From the NCBI GenBank assembly GCA_014727915.1, contig WJMO01000009.1:1-64000 (forward strand): a stretch of DNA of 64,000 nucleotides, in the 5' to 3' direction. This DNA is from Candidatus Altiarchaeales archaeon. Its GTDB lineage: Archaea; Altiarchaeota; Altiarchaeia; IMC4; SCGC-AAA252-I15. Under the pieces are notes generated by a model. It made no database searches. It worked only from the letters and a program-made list of their open reading frames with translations, and was not told where the DNA came from. Positions 59,425 to 64,000 of the stretch are shown here, one piece after another. Each line of letters begins with the position of its first letter. Within the stretch, counting starts at the first letter, position 1. The translations under genes were made by a program, and so were the position numbers.

Positions 59425-59996
59425 TGGAATCTTCGGAGGAGGCGCTGCTGCCCACAAGCCACGGCAATTTCAATGCTCGGTCGTTCCGCGACGCTGATGG
59501 CAGGGAGCACCTTGCAGTCTACAAGGGGGATTTGAAGCGTGAGAACGTGCCCGTCAGGGTTCATTCCAAGTGCACTACCGGCGACACGTTCCATTCTCTC
59601 CGCTGCGACTGCGGGGAGCAGTTGGCCAGGGCGCTCGAGCATATAGAAAAGGAGGGCTTCGGCGTTCTCGTGTACTTGGACCAGGAGGGCCGGGGCATAG
59701 GCCTGTTAAACAAGGTCAACGCCTACAGGCTGCAGGAGAACGGCTCTGACACCGTGGAGGCTAACGAGGAACTGGGTTTCCCATCGGACATGCGAGACTA
59801 CCGGGTCGCGGCTGATATACTCAAGTCACTGGGCGTTGTTTCGGTTTTGCTGATGACCAACAACCCGGGGAAGATCAAGGGGTTGGTGGAGCATGGCGTC
59901 ACCGTCTCGGACCGGATGCCTCTGAAGGTGGAGCCCAACGACTTCAACCGCAAGTACCTGGACACGAAGAAGCTGAGGATGGACCAGCTCCTATGA
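59421..59996 (+). CDS. ribA: GTP cyclohydrolase II (bacterial type)
   Basis: VRVHSKCTTGD..SLRCDCGEQL, QEGRGIGL, MTNNPGK. Confidence 0.96.
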   Translation: MMESSEEALLPTSHGNFNARSFRDADGREHLAVYKGDLKRENVPVRVHSKCTTGDTFHSLRCDCGEQLARALEHIEKEGFGVLVYLDQEGRGIGLLNKVNAYRLQENGSDTVEANEELGFPSDMRDYRVAADILKSLGVVSVLLMTNNPGKIKGLVEHGVTVSDRMPLKVEPNDFNRKYLDTKKLRMDQLL

Positions 59997-61033
59997 AAGA
60001 CGAGGATTACATGCGCAGGGCCCTTGAGCTTTCGCTGAGGGGGAGACCGTCACCCAACCCCTACGTTGGCGCGGTTGTTGTGAAGGACGGCAGGATAGTC
60101 GGCGAGGGATATCATCGGAGGGCGGGCGGATGCCATGCTGAGGTTGATGCGCTGAAGGACGTCACCGACTCTGGCACTGTATTGTATGTTACGTTGGAGC
60201 CTTGCAGCCACCACGGTTGCACGCCCCCGTGCGTCGATGCCATAGTCGAAGCGGGCGTGTCGGAGGTGGTCTACGCCGTTGACGACCCGACGGAGAAGGT
60301 CTGCGGTAGGGAGCGGCTGGAAGAGGCGGGTGTGAAGGTCAGGTCGGAGGTGCTGGCCGGCGAATGTCGCAGGGTCAACGAGGCCTTCTTCAAACACTCG
60401 GTTACCGGCAGACCCTTTGTGGCGTTGAAGGCTGCCATGACATTGGACGGCCAGATAGCTTCATCTACGGGGGAGAGCAGGTGGATAACCTCCGAAGAGT
60501 CTTTGAATAGGGTTCATGAGCTACGGGGCAGATATGATGCTATACTCGTGGGTGTCGGCACAGTCCTAGCCGACGACCCGAGGCTGACGTGCAGGGCTGG
60601 GGGAGGCCGCGACCCCCTCCGGGTCATACTCGACAGCACCCTCCGCACTCCGGCTGATGCCAGGGTGCTGGCGGATGATAACGTCCTGGTCGCAGCCGGT
60701 GAAAGGGCAGACATCGCCGGATGGGAGGGTGATGCTGAGGTCATTGTGCTGGGAGACGGCAGGGCGGGATTGGACATGCTTCTAGAAGAGCTTGGCAGCC
60801 GGGGTGTGACCTCCGTTCTGGTAGAGGGCGGGGGAACGGTCAACTACTCGTTCGTGAAGCAGGGTTTGGCGGACAAGTTCTACCTGTTCTTCGCGCCGAA
60901 GCTGATGCTCGGCTCTAACACGCCGGCATTCAAAGGGAAGGGGATCACGAAGCTGGAGGATGCGGTGCAGGTCGATATAGCATCCGCGGAGAGGGTCGGC
61001 CCTGACCTCCTGATAGAAGCCTACCCTAAATAG
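59993..61033 (+). CDS. ribD: Bifunctional pyrimidine deaminase/reductase (bacterial type)
   Basis: PNPYVGAV, HAEVDAL, TLEPCSH..TPPC, KAAMTLDG, VEGGG. Confidence 0.96.
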   Translation: MKDEDYMRRALELSLRGRPSPNPYVGAVVVKDGRIVGEGYHRRAGGCHAEVDALKDVTDSGTVLYVTLEPCSHHGCTPPCVDAIVEAGVSEVVYAVDDPTEKVCGRERLEEAGVKVRSEVLAGECRRVNEAFFKHSVTGRPFVALKAAMTLDGQIASSTGESRWITSEESLNRVHELRGRYDAILVGVGTVLADDPRLTCRAGGGRDPLRVILDSTLRTPADARVLADDNVLVAAGERADIAGWEGDAEVIVLGDGRAGLDMLLEELGSRGVTSVLVEGGGTVNYSFVKQGLADKFYLFFAPKLMLGSNTPAFKGKGITKLEDAVQVDIASAERVGPDLLIEAYPK

Positions 61034-61087
61034 CTTTATTTTTGAACTTCCTATTGTTTTCTATTTGATATCTTCGGGGTTTTTACG

Positions 61088-61762
61088 GTGTCTGTCATAG
61101 AGAAGGATAAGGTTCGGCTATTCCTGCAGGCTGGCAATAACTCTCCTGTGTTCGGACCGCCTGATCCTGCCAGGCGGGAGGCTGTCGGCAGGCATCTGGA
61201 GATGATGCTTATTGGCCATGATTTCACGCTTGAAGATGTTGGCGAGCTCGCTGACGGACTTAAGCGGCTGAGGAGCGGTGCTGGCAGGGACCCCCGGGTT
61301 TGGAGCCGATACGCTGTCGTAGCAGCCCAGTGGATGGCCCGGGCTGACGCTCCACAGCTTATAGAACCCCTGGCTCAGGGGCTTACAGACCCTGATCCTG
61401 GGATAAGGTCCCACGCGGCCAGCGGGCTCTGCACAGCCTCCAGCAGGGTAAGGGCTACTGGTAGGCCCAGGCACAGGCTTCCACCGAAGGTCATGCGCGG
61501 GTTGGCCTATGCGCTCGGAGACAGCGAAGACCATGTTCCTCTCACTGCGGAGCTGGCGTTGACCCGCCAGGCTGACGGATACCCTGACGATGTGGAGTCT
61601 GCTGTCAGGGAAGTGAGGGCCAGCGTGGTAGAAAACCCCGGTCGTGTCAGCGACCTTGAAGAGTTCGAACACAGGTCTGGGGTGGTTCTCACCGAGGCTG
61701 AGAGAAAGCGTAGGCGACTTGCCCAGAAGATGGAACGCTTGGGGCCGGACACGGTCAAATGA
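61088..61762 (+). CDS. HEAT-repeat-like protein
   Basis: IEPLAQGLTDPDPGIRSHAASGL and LAYALGDSEDHVPLTAELAL. Confidence 0.6.
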   Translation: MSVIEKDKVRLFLQAGNNSPVFGPPDPARREAVGRHLEMMLIGHDFTLEDVGELADGLKRLRSGAGRDPRVWSRYAVVAAQWMARADAPQLIEPLAQGLTDPDPGIRSHAASGLCTASSRVRATGRPRHRLPPKVMRGLAYALGDSEDHVPLTAELALTRQADGYPDDVESAVREVRASVVENPGRVSDLEEFEHRSGVVLTEAERKRRRLAQKMERLGPDTVK

Positions 61763-61763
61763 G

Positions 61764-62903
61764 CTATCTTCTCCTGCTCCAGGCGTAGTAGACGTATGCG
61801 AGTCCTAGCAGAGCTATGACCATGGCAGCCCACGCCCACACTGCGGTGTAGACTATCCTGGTGGTGTTGTTCACCGCCTTGAACACCTTCTCCTGCACGT
61901 CTTTGAACGTCTTCTTTACGTCTTCTGCCCTTGGCAGCCTAAGGTTGAAGAATGGAGTCTTTATGATCGTCGGCTTTATCACATTGACGGTGCTCTGGTT
62001 GGAGGCAGCATTCAGGTCCCGGTTGTCCCTGACATTGACTTCGAGAGTGTATCCCCCCTCGGAGACGCCGTCTCTCACGCCCACTTCAAGCTCTAAATCC
62101 CGCTCCAAACCCTGCTCTAACCTGACTTCCCTCACGGTGCGTTGCTTGCTCTCGAAGCCTTCCGGCAGCCTGATGTCCAGAAGGTAGGACCCTGACTGGT
62201 TGGACTTGACCTTCACCTCCAAGGCCATAGTGTCACCGGTCTCGACCTCCTCCTCGTTCTCAAATCTCACACTTACATCCGGCAGCTGGCATCTCCCGCA
62301 CGGCCCTCCGCAGTCTATCCAATCCTCTCCCTGGTTCATCATCCCGTCATCGCAGGACGGTTCGGGCTCAGTCGACGTGGTTGTAGTGCTCGTGGTGGCA
62401 GTTGTCGACGTGGTTGCTGTGCTGGTTGTTGTTGTCGCCAGCGTAGATGTGGTCGTCGTTGGTGCGATGTCCCCTGCACTGGGGTATGGGTAGTTCGTGG
62501 TTGTCGTGGTGGACGTGCTCGTATCCCTAGGAGTGAAGGGCCGGGTGGTCGACGTCTGCATTGTCGTGGCTGTCGTGCTCGTCTCGCATGGTGGCAGATA
62601 GCATTTCAGCGTGATGTCGTCTACGCAGCACCCGCAGCTCATGCACTCGCCGGGGCTCTGGCAGCTGCAGTCCCTGCAGCATTCGAACATGTCATAGTCC
62701 TCTCTTGGGACGCACCCGGATGTCGTCCACATGCAGACCATGCAGCGCTCGCACTGGTCCTGCGTCGAGCAGTGGCATCCGACGCAGCATCCGTCCCCCG
62801 ACTCTGTGGTGGTCGTGACGTTCGGGAGAGTCCTGATTATATAAGCCGCTGAGACGGTCGTGGCCAAGAGGGCCAAAGCCAATAAAGTGATGGTCCTGTT
62901 CAT
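61764..62903 (-). CDS. Cys-rich/Thr-rich surface protein with Ig-like domain and C-terminal TM
   Basis: Signal peptide, Cys clusters, poly-Thr linker, SCDDG..NQGE..IDCGGPC module, TM + RRR. Confidence 0.8.
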   Translation of the reverse strand: MNRTITLLALALLATTVSAAYIIRTLPNVTTTTESGDGCCVGCHCSTQDQCERCMVCMWTTSGCVPREDYDMFECCRDCSCQSPGECMSCGCCVDDITLKCYLPPCETSTTATTMQTSTTRPFTPRDTSTSTTTTTNYPYPSAGDIAPTTTTSTLATTTTSTATTSTTATTSTTTTSTEPEPSCDDGMMNQGEDWIDCGGPCGRCQLPDVSVRFENEEEVETGDTMALEVKVKSNQSGSYLLDIRLPEGFESKQRTVREVRLEQGLERDLELEVGVRDGVSEGGYTLEVNVRDNRDLNAASNQSTVNVIKPTIIKTPFFNLRLPRAEDVKKTFKDVQEKVFKAVNNTTRIVYTAVWAWAAMVIALLGLAYVYYAWSRRR

Positions 62904-63526
62904 TTCCCCTCTTTTTCCCTTATCCTCGCCTCGATCTCTATGAGCTTCTTCTGCTCGTCCCTGTTGATCTCCCTGTAGCTCTCCTCGTCTATCTCCCTCC
63001 GGTGATATTTGGACTTTATCATCGATATCATCCCTGTTATCTGGTCCCGTTCCTTTCTCAGCTCCTCCAGGGAAGGCTCCTTCTCGCTCTTCTTGAGGAA
63101 CACTTGGTCCAACACTATTACTGCAATTACCAGTGCCGCGACTGCCGCCACGATCCAGAACCCGTATCTTTCCACGACCACGTCGGTGTAGTTGGACTCG
63201 GACGCTATGTTGAAGTTCAGGGGGTAGACGGCGTTGGCTGCCGCGGCTTCGCTTGTACGCTGGTTGGGGTTGGTGTCTCCAACTCTCAGGTAGACGTCAT
63301 AGTAGCTTCCGGGGGGGACGTCAACGGCGTAGAATCCCCGTTCGTCCGTCTTTGTGGCGGCTATGGTGTTCGAGTGGTCGTCGCTCCGGTACACGTCCAC
63401 CTTCAGGCCTTCGATGCTCTCTCCGCTGTTGCCATCCCTGACATAACCCTGTATTGTCGCGTATTCCTGGGCGACTGCGGCTCCTGCCGTGAGGATCAGC
63501 AATGCTAGGGCGTAGTATGGTCTCAT
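62900..63526 (-). CDS. Carboxypeptidase-regulatory-like domain membrane protein with SHOCT-like tail
   Basis: IQGYVRD...IEG..V...TDERGFY..VPPG; TM; REIDEESY. Confidence 0.7.
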   Translation of the reverse strand: MRPYYALALLILTAGAAVAQEYATIQGYVRDGNSGESIEGLKVDVYRSDDHSNTIAATKTDERGFYAVDVPPGSYYDVYLRVGDTNPNQRTSEAAAANAVYPLNFNIASESNYTDVVVERYGFWIVAAVAALVIAVIVLDQVFLKKSEKEPSLEELRKERDQITGMISMIKSKYHRREIDEESYREINRDEQKKLIEIEARIREKEGK

Positions 63527-63560
63527 GCCATGGAAATATTACCTTTCACCGCATTAAAAT

Positions 63561-64000
63561 CTAGTAGTCTGAGAGGGTCTTCTGCCCGCCCTTGTAGTAT
63601 CTGTCCCTCTCACCGTCCAATGTGGGGTGGCCGTACATCCCCCCTCCTCCTGCCACGTACTTCATACGCCCCTCACGGAACATCTTGATTATGGCTCCCA
63701 CCTCCCTGTCCTCCCTGATTATCTCTTCGATGTCCTCGTCCACTAGCACGTTTATCTCTGTCTTGAACTTCCCAACCAGCGCATCCCAACGTTCCTTCAC
63801 CTTCTTGCTAGTGATGGTCCGTGTCCTGGTAGCCAATGCTATCACCTCTGCGAGGGGGAGTATGTGTATGTAATGTGGCCGGTGGGTGGGGTGCCTTGGC
63901 TCCTCCCATGTTGCCAGTTCATCTATCCGCTCGGCCACGCCCTTCTTGATGATGCCCCTGCACTCCGGGCACCTCCTCTTCAGCTTCATGGCCTCCTCCC
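63561..64000 (-). CDS. Endonuclease Q / TIGR00375 family, C-terminal part (5' end outside window)
   Basis: CPEC..IKKGVAERIDELA, RPHYIHILPLAEVI, TEINVL, GGGGMYG. Confidence 0.8.
   Translation of the reverse strand, partial: EEAMKLKRRCPECRGIIKKGVAERIDELATWEEPRHPTHRPHYIHILPLAEVIALATRTRTITSKKVKERWDALVGKFKTEINVLVDEDIEEIIREDREVGAIIKMFREGRMKYVAGGGGMYGHPTLDGERDRYYKGGQKTLSDY

Overview
This is a 64 kb gene-dense archaeal chromosome segment. Archaeal markers are proteasome beta (psmB), aCPSF1/FttA, archaeal riboflavin synthase, pyruvoyl arginine decarboxylase, a class III signal peptide pilin and an EndoQ-like gene. Many Cys/Thr-rich surface proteins suggest an Altiarchaeota/DPANN-like host (inference). 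Housekeeping blocks are amt-glnK x2, argG-argH-argG, pdaD-speB, a mosaic rib operon and corA. I saw no intact tRNA/rRNA, CRISPR array, transposase or integrase. Best candidates for undescribed systems: (1) an ATP-grasp + GNAT operon ending in an unannotated 57-aa basic/acidic peptide (15853-17835); (2) a YIDPGTGS micro-protein + kinase-like/methyltransferase fusion + two Ser/Thr-nucleophile sulfatase-fold membrane enzymes (39601-44243); (3) an AT-rich operon with a radical SAM/SPASM gene between two TrmB-like paralogs; (4) a Sec-exported, membrane-anchored, apparently circularly permuted PAAR protein; (5) a histone H1-like protein with a YqjD/DUF883-like membrane tail; (6) a divergent second ArgG. 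All family assignments come from motif recognition by eye; no database searches were run.
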